DNA of 64,000 nucleotides from Octopus sinensis (Eukaryota): NCBI RefSeq assembly GCF_006345805.1, contig NC_043000.1, positions 12,834,001 to 12,898,000 of the forward strand, read 5' to 3'. Shown piece by piece: positions 25,740 to 37,103 of this stretch (position 1 is its first letter; each line of letters starts with the position of its first letter). The notes under the pieces were generated by a model. It saw only the letters and a program-made list of their open reading frames with translations, ran no database searches and was not told where the DNA came from. The position numbers and the translations under genes were made by a program.

Positions 25740-26123
25740 TGGAGGCGCAATGGCCCAGTGGTTAGGGCAGCAGACTCGCGGTCATAGGATCGCGGTTTCG
25801 ATTCCCAGACTGGGCGTTGTGAGTGTTTATTGAGCGAAAACACCTAAAAGCTCCACGAGGCTCCGGCAGGGGATGGTGGTGATCCCTGCTGTACTCTTTC
25901 ACCACAACTTTCTCTCACTCTTACTTTCTGTTTCTGTTGTACCTGTATTTCAAAGGGCCGGCCTTGTCACTCTCTGTGTCACGCTGAATATCCCCGAGAA
26001 CTACGTTAAGGGTTACACGTGTCTGTGGAGTGCTCAGCCACTTACACGTTAATTTCACGATCAGGCTGTTCCGTTGATTCGGATCAACCGGAACCCTCGT
26101 CGTCGTAACCGACGGAGTGCTTC
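25740..26123 (+). mobile_element. SINE family B
   Basis: Full head and body matching 6402-6781. Confidence 0.88.
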
Positions 26124-26383
26124 CCCCACAATGCCACATGTGGTGTTTGATCAGAGGTTAAGAAAGGCTTGGAATTAATTCTCCAATGCAATCATTCTAC
26201 TGTTCCAGTCCCAAGTTGAATTCCAACTGTTGGCTAATTTGTCCCAAAGTTCTATCACGACATAAAATTAACGAGGCGAATGTCATTTATCTTCCCTTTG
26301 ATCTCTGACGTCATCAGACAAACGCCACTAAGATGGACCTGAATCAGCCAAGCTTTACCTGCTAGAAATAGCAACCCCACAGC

Positions 26384-26604
26384 AGGCAGAAACGTTAGCG
26401 CGCCGAGCGAAATGCGTGGCCGTATTTCGTCTGCCGTTACGTTCTGAGTTCAAATTCCGCCGAGGTCGACTTTGCCTTTCATCCTTTCGGGGTCGATAAA
26501 TTAAGTACCAGTTTCGCACTGGGGTCGATGTAATCGACTTAATCCCTTTGTCTGTCCTTGTTTGTCCCCCTCTGTGTTTGGCCCCTTGTGGGCAATAAAG
26601 AAAT
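26384..26604 (+). mobile_element. SINE family A
   Basis: Family core; flanking duplication AGAAATAGCAACCC(C)ACA. Confidence 0.85.
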
Positions 26605-27291
26605 AAGAAATAGCAACCCACATGTTTTTAAGTTAGATCCCAATGCTGGATGCTCAAGAACCAAATGAAGGGCAGATATTCAATCCCGGGATCATCCTGA
26701 TTCCAAAAAGGTATTATATGCCTATGTAGAGCAAATATAGGCTGAGATAGAGGGGTCCTAGACGGACAGACAGAATTTCGCTTTTATTATATATGTTTAT
26801 ACGTATGTATGTATGTATGTATGTATGTATGTATGTATGTATGTATGTATGTATGTATGCATGTATGTGTATTTGTGCGTGCATATATGTATGCATATAT
26901 ATACGTCTGAGCGCGTGCATGCGTTTATTCAAGTATGTATGCTTATATGTACACACACACACACACACAGTTGAAAATGCTTTGAGTTCCATGGAAAATG
27001 AACTTTATACGTGTATAGAGTTTAATATTTATAACAATTTTGCTGACAGTGACTTCGAGGTTAAGTCAGCAGTGGTTTATTTCAACAATGGTATTTGTAC
27101 ACATGCTGCTATTCAGGGTAAATTATGCTTTCTGAATTGACTTTCATTCTCCCTAGATCAGATCCAGTTGGAACTCTATTCAGCGACTTTTCCCATTGCC
27201 TTTAGAGTTCTGGATCTCTTTCTCCCACTATACATAACTACATAATCGTTTGGAATGCAGTTTTTTTGTGTAATGAAAATTTAGTTCCTAC

Positions 27292-27500
27292 CTTCTTGGT
27301 CCAGCTTTTCGGAATGTACGACATTATGAGGTGCCCCAGTTCGTGGGACAAACAGTTTTCATGAGATCGATACGGGTCTTGATCATCACAGAGCACAACA
27401 TGATCCAAGCATACACTCCTTGAGAGAGTCAGTCCAGCCACACGTTCGTATTTGCGTCCGTCGTGGGTACACGTTATTTGGCAAAGCCCATCACATTTAC
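27292..27500 (-). CDS. M34/ATLF-like zinc metallopeptidase exon carrying HEXXH
   Basis: ACAG|...|GTAGGA; KCDGLCQITCTHDGRKYERVAGLTLSRSVCLDHVVLCDDQDPYRSHENCLSHELGHLIMSYIPKSWTKK. Confidence 0.92.
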
Positions 27501-28129
27501 CTGTTATATAATAAAACAAAATAGAGAAAATTGTCAACCCATTTTTTTGCTTTTTATTTTTTTTACTGATGTCATGTTTATTTGTGTTTTAGAGAAACTG
27601 AAAATCTTAGCGATTAATTCGTTATTTGTGTTTTGCTAAGGAAATTCTCGACCCGATGTATAGGTTTTAACTCCCGTATATTATCGTAGCAATGCAAATG
27701 ATAATTTTGGTTCGTTAACTTGTAATAGTGAGTGACTGGGTGATTTAAAATCCTTTTAAGAGTTGTATTGATTAGGAAGAGAGAGATGGCTCCTCAGTGG
27801 CTCAAGGTAGCACTTGAACTTACCACTCCTATAGAAGCTTAAACAACAAAGCCAAAAGTGTCGCCCACATAAAAGCGTTACTCAGAGTGGACCGCACCTC
27901 GTTCATCTCAGCTACGTTTCTGTTGACCCTATCAAGTTTGTTTGCAAGACAAAAGTTTCAGTAACGATTTTCTCGTATATTAAATAATTTACCCCTCGAT
28001 TACTTGACACTCGTATCACATTGAAATGTATTTGATAAACTGTTCCCTAGTTTTAGAAATTACTTTTGTCGACTTCCTTTAATAAAATAAATGGCTCACA
28101 AGCAATTTAAGAATTGGCTTACATATCAT

Positions 28130-28174
<45 letters not shown>

Positions 28175-28189
28175 TAATAATAATAATAA

Positions 28190-28255
<66 letters not shown>

Positions 28256-28291
28256 TATTATTATTATTATTATTATTATATTATTATTATC
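28130..28291. repeat. (AAT)n directly followed by (ATT)n
   Basis: Strand switch at ~28255. Confidence 0.9.
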
Positions 28292-28480
28292 ATTCAGTAG
28301 TTTTATTTTTATAGCGTGCTTTCACTTCACTACCGAGCGCAGCTCTGTGTGCCTTGGGTATGTGCTGTGATTTGTTGTGATGCTCTGATGGTTATTGTAT
28401 GGAAAGTGTTCTGCGTAGGATGTGTGCAGTGCCTAGTAGTGCAATTTTCTGTATGTTATATGTGTTTGTAAGTCCTGGTA

Positions 28481-28551
<71 letters not shown>

Positions 28552-28552
<1 letters not shown>

Positions 28553-29007
28553 TTCCGACCAGGCCATCAGATGTTAGTTAAGTTAAATTTTTGGCTCAAA
28601 AAGCAAAAAGCAAGGCCATGTAGGGGGACATGGAGATTATGTACAGGGTGGTGTTCATACAAAGAGTTCAGGCCATTTGTGGTCAAGGGAGACTTTGAAC
28701 CGAGCGGTCGTCGGCATCTTCACTATCTCGTCCGGCAGCTTATTCTACGGATCCGCAACCCGGACGGAGAAAGCCCCTCTCCTTCGATTGAGATGAAATC
28801 GTCGCAGATAGAGCTTTTCGGAGTGACCCCGCATCCGACGTTCTGGAGCAGGAGTGAAGAACAGCTCTTTCGAGAGGTTACACTTTCCGCTTATGATGTT
28901 GTGAGCAAGAATGAGATCACCGCGGCGTCGTCGTTTTTCTAGAGAATAAAGGTCGAGCATCTTCAGCCTTTCTTCATAAGACAAATTCTTGAGACCAAAT
29001 ACCATGT
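28552..29007 (-). mobile_element. CR1-type LINE 3' end
   Basis: GLKNLSYEERLKMLDLYSLEKRRRRGDLI...RGHSEKL...RRGAFSVRV; (AAT)n tail. Confidence 0.9.
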
Positions 29008-29009
29008 TG

Positions 29010-29286
29010 CTACACATCGCTAGTCACAATGCGCTTCGCATTGTATTAGCCTTCGATGACGCCACCCCGCTGGCTAAGCGAGCCGGCCAACAGAAGAAAG
29101 AGTGAGAGAAAGATGTGGTGAAAGAGTACAGCAGGGATCACCCCCCCCCCACCACCACCGCCGGAGCCTCGTGGATCTTTATGTGTTTTCGCTCAATAAA
29201 CACTCACAATGCCCGGTCTGGGAGTCAAAACTGCGATCCTACGACCGCGAGTCCGCTGCCCTAACCACTGGGCCATTGTGCCTCCA
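29010..29286 (-). mobile_element. SINE family B (variant 3' part)
   Basis: Head reverse-complementary to the 25740 copy. Confidence 0.8.
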
Positions 29287-29324
29287 CACATCATGTAATA
29301 CCAGTAATTCAAGAATTGGCTTAC

Positions 29325-29478
29325 CTTTGCACTCCGGCAGATCAGCAAATCGCTTAAATTCTGGATAAATCGTTGGACCTTCGCTCTTGGCAAATACACC
29401 AACTCCTTTTGATTTGGTGATTGATTCAAAGATCTCTTTTGGCATGTATTGAACCATCTTACTTACTGTTATGGCTGC
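29325..29478 (-). CDS. M34/ATLF-like zinc metallopeptidase exon
   Basis: CCAG|...|GTAAGC; AAITVSKMVQYMPKEIFESITKSKGVGVFAKSEGPTIYPEFKRFADLPECK(G). Confidence 0.88.
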
Positions 29479-29849
29479 CTGGTCACGAGAAAACACGAAA
29501 TGTTTTTAAAAAATTAGTTTGACATTTTTACGAAAACTGTAATCACAACGGACGTTCAATCGCTCATATATGACATAAAAAATCATGCTATAAAAAATCA
29601 TAATTTTTTATTAGACTCATTTATCACGATACGTAAAATAGTTCGTATGCCATGAAGAGAGATGAGTTTAGATATATTGGGGAAGGTTATTTTGAAGAAC
29701 CTATCACATCATCCGCTTGATTTGTTGCAAACATAGATACGTAATTATCCAGTTTACCGCAGATTTTGCTCATAACATTGTTTCTGTTTAGCACTTATAA
29801 ATTAAGAAATGAAAAAAGTCGATGAAAACACATTAGTTGATACTCTATT

Positions 29850-30073
29850 ACTCTCTTTTACTCGTTTACTTGTTTCAGTCATTTGACTGTAGCCATGCTG
29901 GAGCACCGCCTTTAGTCGAGCAAATCGACCCCAGGACTTATTCTTTGTAAGCCTAGTACTTATTCTACCGGTCTCTTAGAACCGCTAAGTTACGAGGACG
30001 TAAACACACCAGCATCGGTCGTCAAGCGATGTTAGGGGGACAACACAGACACACAAACACACACACACACACA

Positions 30074-30111
<38 letters not shown>

Positions 30112-30122
30112 GTATGTATGTA

Positions 30123-30182
<60 letters not shown>

Positions 30183-30358
30183 CATACATATATATGACGG
30201 GCTTCTTTCAGTTTCCGTCTACCAAATCCATTCGCAAGGCTTTGGTCGGCCCGAGGCTATAGTAGAAGACACTTGCCCAAGGTGCCACGCAGTGGGACTG
30301 AACCCGGAACCATGTAGTTTGTAAGCAAGCTACTTACCACACAGCCACTCCTACGCCT
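29850..30358 (-). mobile_element. tRNA-derived SINE family C with internal (TA)n/(CA)n
   Basis: GAGTGGCTGTGTGGTAAGTAGCTTGC..GGTTCAGTCCC head; other copies at ~13290-13590, 46795-47272, 55630-56062, 59120-59531, 60782-61190, 61680-62100. Confidence 0.88.
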
Positions 30359-30491
30359 AATATAATTTTCTTGCATAGGATTCTTCCTTATATAGAAAAC
30401 TGACTTAACAATTGGAAAATTAGTTATAGTAGTTATCGTAATAGCAAAACATCAACCCAGCATTAATATATTGATACTACGCATGGCTGAA

Positions 30492-30830
30492 GGCGCATGG
30501 CTCAGTGGTTAGAGCGTCGAGCTTACGATCGTGAGGTTGTGAGCTCGAATCCCGGACCGGGCTGCGTGTTGTGTTCTTGAGCAAGGCACTTTATTTCACG
30601 TTGCTCCAGTTCACTCAGCTGTAGAAATGAGTTGCGACGTCACTGGTGCCAAGCTGTATCGACCTTTGTCTTTCCCTTGGATAACACTGGTGGCGTGGAG
30701 AGGGGAGGCTGGTATGCATGGGCGACTGCTGGCCTTCCATAAAAACAACCTTGCCCAGACTTGTGTCTAGGAGGGTAACTTTCTAGGTGCAATCCCATGG
30801 TCACTCATGACCGAAGGGGGTCTTTAACCC
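30492..30830 (+). mobile_element. tRNA-derived SINE family D
   Basis: GGCGCATGGCTCAGTGGTTAGAGCG..TCGAATCCC head; inverted copy at 50030-50332. Confidence 0.85.
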
Positions 30831-31095
30831 TTTACATCCGAGTAATAAGTAGGAACATTTGTTGATTACTTGAATTTAACAGTCAACATTTATTAATCCA
30901 ACTTCATTACAAAGACTTCATTTATTTGGTTCTTTACCACCATAAAAAAAAACAATATCAGACGTCTCTAGTAATACTTTCACTCAGAAGATAAGACCGT
31001 GAAGGTCTACAAACGTTGATGGACTAGGAAATTTGTTACTAAAAATAATAATAATAAATCAGACAAAAGCCTAACACGGAAATACTAAAAATTTT

Positions 31096-31794
31096 GGATA
31101 TTTACCTTTTGACCGACAGATTTAAAAAATAATTTTTGTAACTAAACACTTTCAAATTTCGGACACTGGTAGAATGTGTCATATAAAACATATTTTACTC
31201 TTAGTATTTTTGAGAAAAACTTATATTTATGAAGTAATTTCACGTTAAAGTAGTCCTATTTCGGTAACTTCAACCAATCAATGACGTGTATTCAGCTGAA
31301 TAAAATTACTGCCGTTGTTGTCAACAACTATCGGCGGTGTATTTTTCGGTTGTCACTGTTATTTATGACATCGTTCGTGTGTTTGTACTGGTTTTAGCTT
31401 TAAGGTCTTAGGGTTAGGGTTAGGGTGTTAAGGTTAGGATTTTAGGGCTAGGGTTAGGGTTTTAGGGTTAGGGTTAAGGTTTTAGGGTTAGGATTAGGGT
31501 TTTAGGGTTAGGTTTGTCATAAATAACAGTGACAAGCGAAATATACACCGCCGGAAGTTCTTGTTGACAAACAATAGCAGTAATTTTATTCAGCTGAATA
31601 CACGTCATTGATTGGTTTAAATTACCGAAATACTACAACTTTAACGTGAAATAACTTCCTAAATATAAGTTTTTCTCAAAAACGCTAAGAGTAAAAGATG
31701 TTTTATATGACACATTCTACCAGTGTCCGAAGTTTGAAAGTGTTTAGTTACAAAAAATTATTTTAAAAATCTGTCGGTCAAAAAGTAAAGACCC
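31096..31794. mobile_element. Foldback MITE, ~280-bp arms around TTAGGG/TTTTAGGG repeats
   Basis: 31096-31372 is reverse-complementary to 31516-31794; telomere-like repeats at 31395-31515; partial copy at 56830-57024. Confidence 0.88.
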
Positions 31795-32372
31795 AAACAA
31801 AATTTGTAATAAAAGATATAACTAGAACACGGCGTATTCAATGCAACATATATACACACACGCACATTTATACTAAAAATGCGTTGAAAAGGACATATTT
31901 TAAACTTCGTTAAGGTGAACGACAGCGAAAACTGTCCTTGGTCAGTGAGTGCTCCAATATGCACTAAAATTCATTCAGTAAAACGTTTTTATACGAAAAC
32001 TTTTTTCTGTGTGTAAACTTCTCAGTAATATATGATTTTCTCTCTCTTTTAAATATATGTGTGTGTAAAACTCACCTTGTGAAAGCAAACATTAATATTT
32101 TTAGAGTAAAACAGTTATATGAAAACATTTGTGATGTGAAAATATATTTTTGTATTTTTACCTTTGTAGTAAAAGATATATTTACCTCCTATGTTAAAAA
32201 ATAAAAAAAATTCTTTTATTCAAATATGTGTGGTTCTAGTCGATTAAAGGTGGTGTTTTTAGTCGCATTATAGATGCTTTTCAAATGGTCTATCTTTCCT
32301 GAATATCTCTAGTCTGATTTCCATTCTCCTTCTTTATTTTCTGCTGACCAGAACATACACACACACAATGTA

Positions 32373-32435
<63 letters not shown>

Positions 32436-32436
32436 A

Positions 32437-32509
<73 letters not shown>

Positions 32510-32599
32510 ATATATCTATATATATATATATATTTAAATTTATTGCATTTTGAACTCTTGCTTGTTATTTTTCCTATATATATATACTTATACATATAC

Positions 32600-32647
<48 letters not shown>

Positions 32648-32743
32648 ATATAAACATGCATATATGAATAATGAAAGTGAAAATGATATGCATATTACAT
32701 TTAAATATATGAGAATAACAGAAGTTAACAAGATTGGACCTAC

Positions 32744-32882
32744 TTTTTTGTGCGCCAGCTTTGACACCAGACTGCTTGCTAGAACTTCGAGTCTCGGTGG
32801 TGGAACATCATGCCAGTGTATCTCTCCACCATATGTGATATAAGCTGTGGAGAAGTGGGCATCGGACCTTACTTCTTCAATA
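32744..32882 (-). CDS. M34/ATLF-like zinc metallopeptidase exon
   Basis: CACAG|...|GTAGGT; IEEVRSDAHFSTAYITYGGEIHWHDVPPPRLEVLASSLVSKLAHKK. Confidence 0.82.
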
Positions 32883-33884
32883 CTGTGGAAGTGAAAACGA
32901 GAAGAATTGTTCAACACATTATAGAATATAAAAATTAGATAATTATTTTAAAATGTATGCACACACACACACTCACACACACATTCACACATACACACAT
33001 GTACACACATATACGCACGCGCGCGCACAAAGAGACATGATTTTTGTATATTTTGGAAAGATCTCTCATAAAAGACTCAATGCAAATTTGTGTAAGCTGT
33101 ATCAGTACGTATATATGGCTGTATATTTATCTATCCATATACATATATTGTTTGTTTTTATGCATGTGTGTATGTGTGTGTATGTATGTATGTATGTATG
33201 TATGTATGTATGTATGTATGTATGCATGTGTGTGTGTATGTATGTATGTATGTATGTATGTATGTATGTATGTATGTATGTATGTATGTATGTATGTATG
33301 TGTGTATCTATCTCTTTCTCTCTCTCTATAAATATATTCTGTGTATGTATGTATGTGTGTATGTATGTATGTATGTATGTATGTATGTATGTATGTATCT
33401 ATGTATGGTTTTTAATATAACTGAACGTAAAAACAAGCATTATATATATGTACACACACACATATATAATGGTGGGTGGAAGTGAAAGGTGTGAACTCCA
33501 CTCAGGAGGCAAATAAGGAGAAAGGAAATTAGATTAGAGATATTCGAGAAAGAGAGGCATTGCGAAAAGCATCTATAATGCAACTAAAAAATACCCCCTT
33601 CAATCAAACTCATATTCATAGAAAGCTGATATTACTTTACCTCAGATTTTCTTTGCATGTTCTTATTTCAACATTTCTTCTCTTATTTTATCTACTTAAT
33701 TTTTACACCTACTTTTCCTTCTTACCCCAGTTTTTCCTTTTCTCATCTTCATTATTCCATTGACAGAGGTTAATTTCCCTTAATTGTATTTGGTTTCCAT
33801 TCCCTCAGCGTCAATTTACAGTGTTTCCCCCAGCATCTTTATTATCTCTATTGAAACAAAGTTGCTTCTGAGGACGAGTTTGTA

Positions 33885-34085
33885 GTGATGCCATTTTGGA
33901 AGTCTTCAGTGCGCATGCGCAGAGTTGGATTTCTTCCAGCAGGCCGCCAGAAGTTTCCTCATGCGCATGCGCAGAGAAATACCAACAGCAAGATTTCCCG
34001 CTGTATCGAACTCTTTCGCAGCTGCAGCCGAATTGAACGGACGCGTTCTCATAGATCTCCCAAGCAAGCAAGCCAACACGTGGCG
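33885..34085. promoter_or_regulatory. CpG-rich cluster with NRF1-, YY1- and E-box-like motifs
   Basis: TGCGCATGCGCA at 33910 and 33962, GCCATTTT at 33890, CACGTG at 34077. Confidence 0.4.
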
Positions 34086-34605
34086 AAGCTACACTACGCT
34101 GGAACGAGACAGCATTTGGCTCACACCATTTTAACTATTGTGACTAGCTCCATGGCCCATGGCTACCGGTTCGCCCTGAAGGAAATATATGTATATATAT
34201 TATTGCGGATCCAGAAAAATTAATATCATTTATGCTGTTGAAGATATTCGAAGTCTTGGTTTTCCTTCGACAAATAATTTAACGTAACGGGATGAGACCT
34301 CCACCCCCCAAGTGTTCCAGACCTTACATCCTGTTACAAGTTATTCACTTGAACGGAAGCAGTAATTTGAAAATACAACTTTTTCGAAATATTTTTCATT
34401 TTTATTTCGTGTAGAGACAAACAAATCCTGAAAACCTGCAAAACTATGATAATATTTCTGTAATTTGGTGTATTTCTCAAATAGTAATGGGATTTGTGGT
34501 AAATACTGTGGTCGTTACACTTTCTCCTCGGTGCTACTTTCCAGACAGTTGAATATCTTACTGCGTCAGTCACGGCAGCAGTTCTCGTCTTTATTGCTTA
34601 CTTAC

Positions 34606-34681
34606 CTTTCTAAATATTTTACATTGTTTCTATCGTCCCAGATGTCGCTTCGGCTTGGAGGTGGCAGTATTCCCCACAGAC
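34606..34681 (-). CDS. M34/ATLF-like zinc metallopeptidase, most 5' exon found
   Basis: CTTTTCAG|...|GTAAGT; only one frame open: xLWGILPPPSRSDIWDDRNNVKYLE(S); phase 1/2 fits the next exon. Confidence 0.7.
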
Positions 34682-34792
34682 CTGAAAAGTGAACGGAATG
34701 TTTATAAAGATGATCGAAAATCACAAGAAGTGTTTAAGTGTTAGCATTAACATTAATTTAAGGACAAATGTGTGCATGTATACGCATAATGT

Positions 34793-34950
34793 GTGGCTGT
34801 GTGGTAAGTAGCTTGCTTACCAACCACATGGTTCCGAGTTCAGTCCCACTGCGTGGCACCTTGGGCAAGTGTCTTCTGCTATAGCCTCGAGCCGACCAAT
34901 GCCTTGTGAGTGGATTTGGTAGACGGAAACTGAAAGAAGCCTGTCGTATA

Positions 34951-35020
<70 letters not shown>

Positions 35021-35240
35021 TGTGTATATGTTTGTGTTTCTGTGTTTGTCCTCCCACCATCGCTTGACAACCGATGCTGGTGTGTTTACGTCCCCGTCAC
35101 TTAGCGGTTCGGCAAAAAGAGACCGATAGAATAAGTACTGGGCTTACAAAGAAAAAGTCCCGGGGTCGATTTGCTCGACTAAAGGTGGTGCTCCAGCATG
35201 GCCCCAGTCAAATGACTGAAACAAGTAAAAGAGTAAAAGG
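34793..35240 (+). mobile_element. SINE family C
   Basis: Full head and tail; inverted relative to 29850-30358. Confidence 0.88.
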
Positions 35241-35478
35241 GTACTCACACACACATTGGGCGGGTACGCATATCCACTTATTTAAATACACGTTGGCTTG
35301 TGGAATGTGAAATAGTTTCGTATATGTGCGTGTATAAATATGAATAAATACGTACACGGCATTACAATTGTGGATGGGTGGATGTGCGTAAGCGGGTATA
35401 AGTGTTGGCATTGATTGTCTATATCTATAAAGGTAATTTCTGTGGGAATGTGGGAATAATAAACCCCTTGTCTTTGGA

Positions 35479-35522
<44 letters not shown>

Positions 35523-35596
35523 ATAGTAGTAGTAGTGGTGGTGGTGGTGGTGGTAGCAGTAGTAGTAGTAGTGGTGGTGGTTGTGGTGGTGGTAGC

Positions 35597-35632
<36 letters not shown>

Positions 35633-35740
35633 GGTGGTGGTAGCAGTAGTAGTAGTAGTAGTAGTTGTAGTGGTGGTGGTGGTGGTGGTAGCAGTAGTAG
35701 TAGTGGTGGTGGTGGTGGTGGTGGTTGTGGTGGTGGTAGC

Positions 35741-35773
<33 letters not shown>

Positions 35774-35864
35774 GGTGGTGGTAGCAGTAGTAGTAGTAGT
35801 AGTAGTTGTAGTGGTGGTGGTGGTGGTGGTAGCAGTAGTAGTAGTGGTGGTGGTGGTGGTGGTG

Positions 35865-35930
<66 letters not shown>

Positions 35931-35942
35931 ATAGTGGTGGTG
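35479..35942. repeat. Compound (TAG)n/(TGG)n microsatellite with higher-order periodicity
   Basis: Direct reading. Confidence 0.9.
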
Positions 35943-36384
35943 AAGATGGTGTATGCGATTGTTGTTGTCTGATCCCAAGTCAGCACCGATCAAAAACCAG
36001 TGTTCAAACCGCGACCATCCTGTCTTTTGTTTTCATGGATTGTGCAAGCTAGACTTCATTATTCAATCTGCTAGTGTTTCTACTTGATAGGGAGGGGATA
36101 ATTTGGGGAAGATTTGGTTGCTATTTCTTTCAGATGGCTCGTGTTGCCGTTATTGTTATTGTCGTTGGTGGTGGTAGTGGCGATGGTAGTAGTATTGGTT
36201 GTGGTAGTAGTAGTGGTGGTGGTAGTATTGTTGTTGGCGATGCTGATGTCGTTGATAGTAGTACTGATGATGGTGATGGCAGCGATGGGGAAATGGTGGC
36301 AGTGGTGATTATGGTAGTGTTGGTAGTAGTGGTAGTGGTGGTGGTAGTAGTGTTGTTGGTGGTGCTGATGTCGTTGATGGTAGT

Positions 36385-37100
36385 CATCATCATCATTGTT
36401 CGACCGTGGTCGAGACAATGGAATTTACCATGCTACGCCAGACTTCACGGTCCATCATGGCATTACGGAGGTCCTGTTGCTGGATGCCTGTATCCCTGGA
36501 GATTACATCAGGGTAGGAGAGTGTGCGCCCTCTGGTACTGCGAGTAGATGGCTTCCAGAGGAGAAGAGTAGAAATTACTTCTTTTTCAGCTCTACAACAA
36601 TGTCCAGCAAACTGGACTCTCCTACCTTTCACAAGAGATGACACAGGTGGTAGTTTCCCATATATTTGCATTTTGGTTGGATGGCGCTTCCACGAGAGAT
36701 TTTGAGCTCTCATAAGGAGGCGAGTGTAGGTTCCATCCAACCGCCTCTCAAGCTTCTTTGATAACGTCCAGGTTTCTGAGCCATATAGTAGAATTGGTTC
36801 GACTGTGGCTTTGAAGATTTCAAGTTTGAAGTCTCTACTTAGATTTGATGACCAGATCTTATGCATGTCATTACAGGCTGACCAGGCCATACCCTTTCTA
36901 GTTAGAAAGTCTTTTCCAGATGATGATATGTATGACCCAAGATATTTATAATCAGAGACCATATTTAAGGGCGCGTTGTTGAGAGTATGGATGATGCAAT
37001 CACTGTTGGACAGACACTTGTTTATGTATTCAGTTTTGGCTTCATTGAGGTAAAGACCTACACAATTTGAGGCTTGTTCAAGAGATTGTAAAAGAGACTG
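36385..37100 (-). mobile_element. RTE/RTE-X LINE 3' fragment with uninterrupted RT C-terminus
   Basis: VGLYLNEAKTEY...YKYLGS...ILLYGSETWTL...FAGHCCR...MMDREVWR; (GAT)n tail. Confidence 0.92.
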
Positions 37101-37103
37101 GGC

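Noticed and set aside
30492-30565. tRNA gene (also heads at 8357, 25740, 54020)
   Set aside because: A/B boxes run directly into repeated SINE bodies and the cloverleafs are imperfect
31395-31515. True telomere or chromosome fusion site
   Set aside because: Short, degenerate, single orientation and enclosed by MITE arms
31758-32200. Extra protease exon between 32744 and 29478
   Set aside because: Flanking exons already join in phase 0 (AHKK|AAIT); candidate segments lack a convincing acceptor-donor pair
35208-36052. Poly-T, poly-S/G and poly-H/Y ORFs
   Set aside because: Stop-free frames of trinucleotide microsatellites
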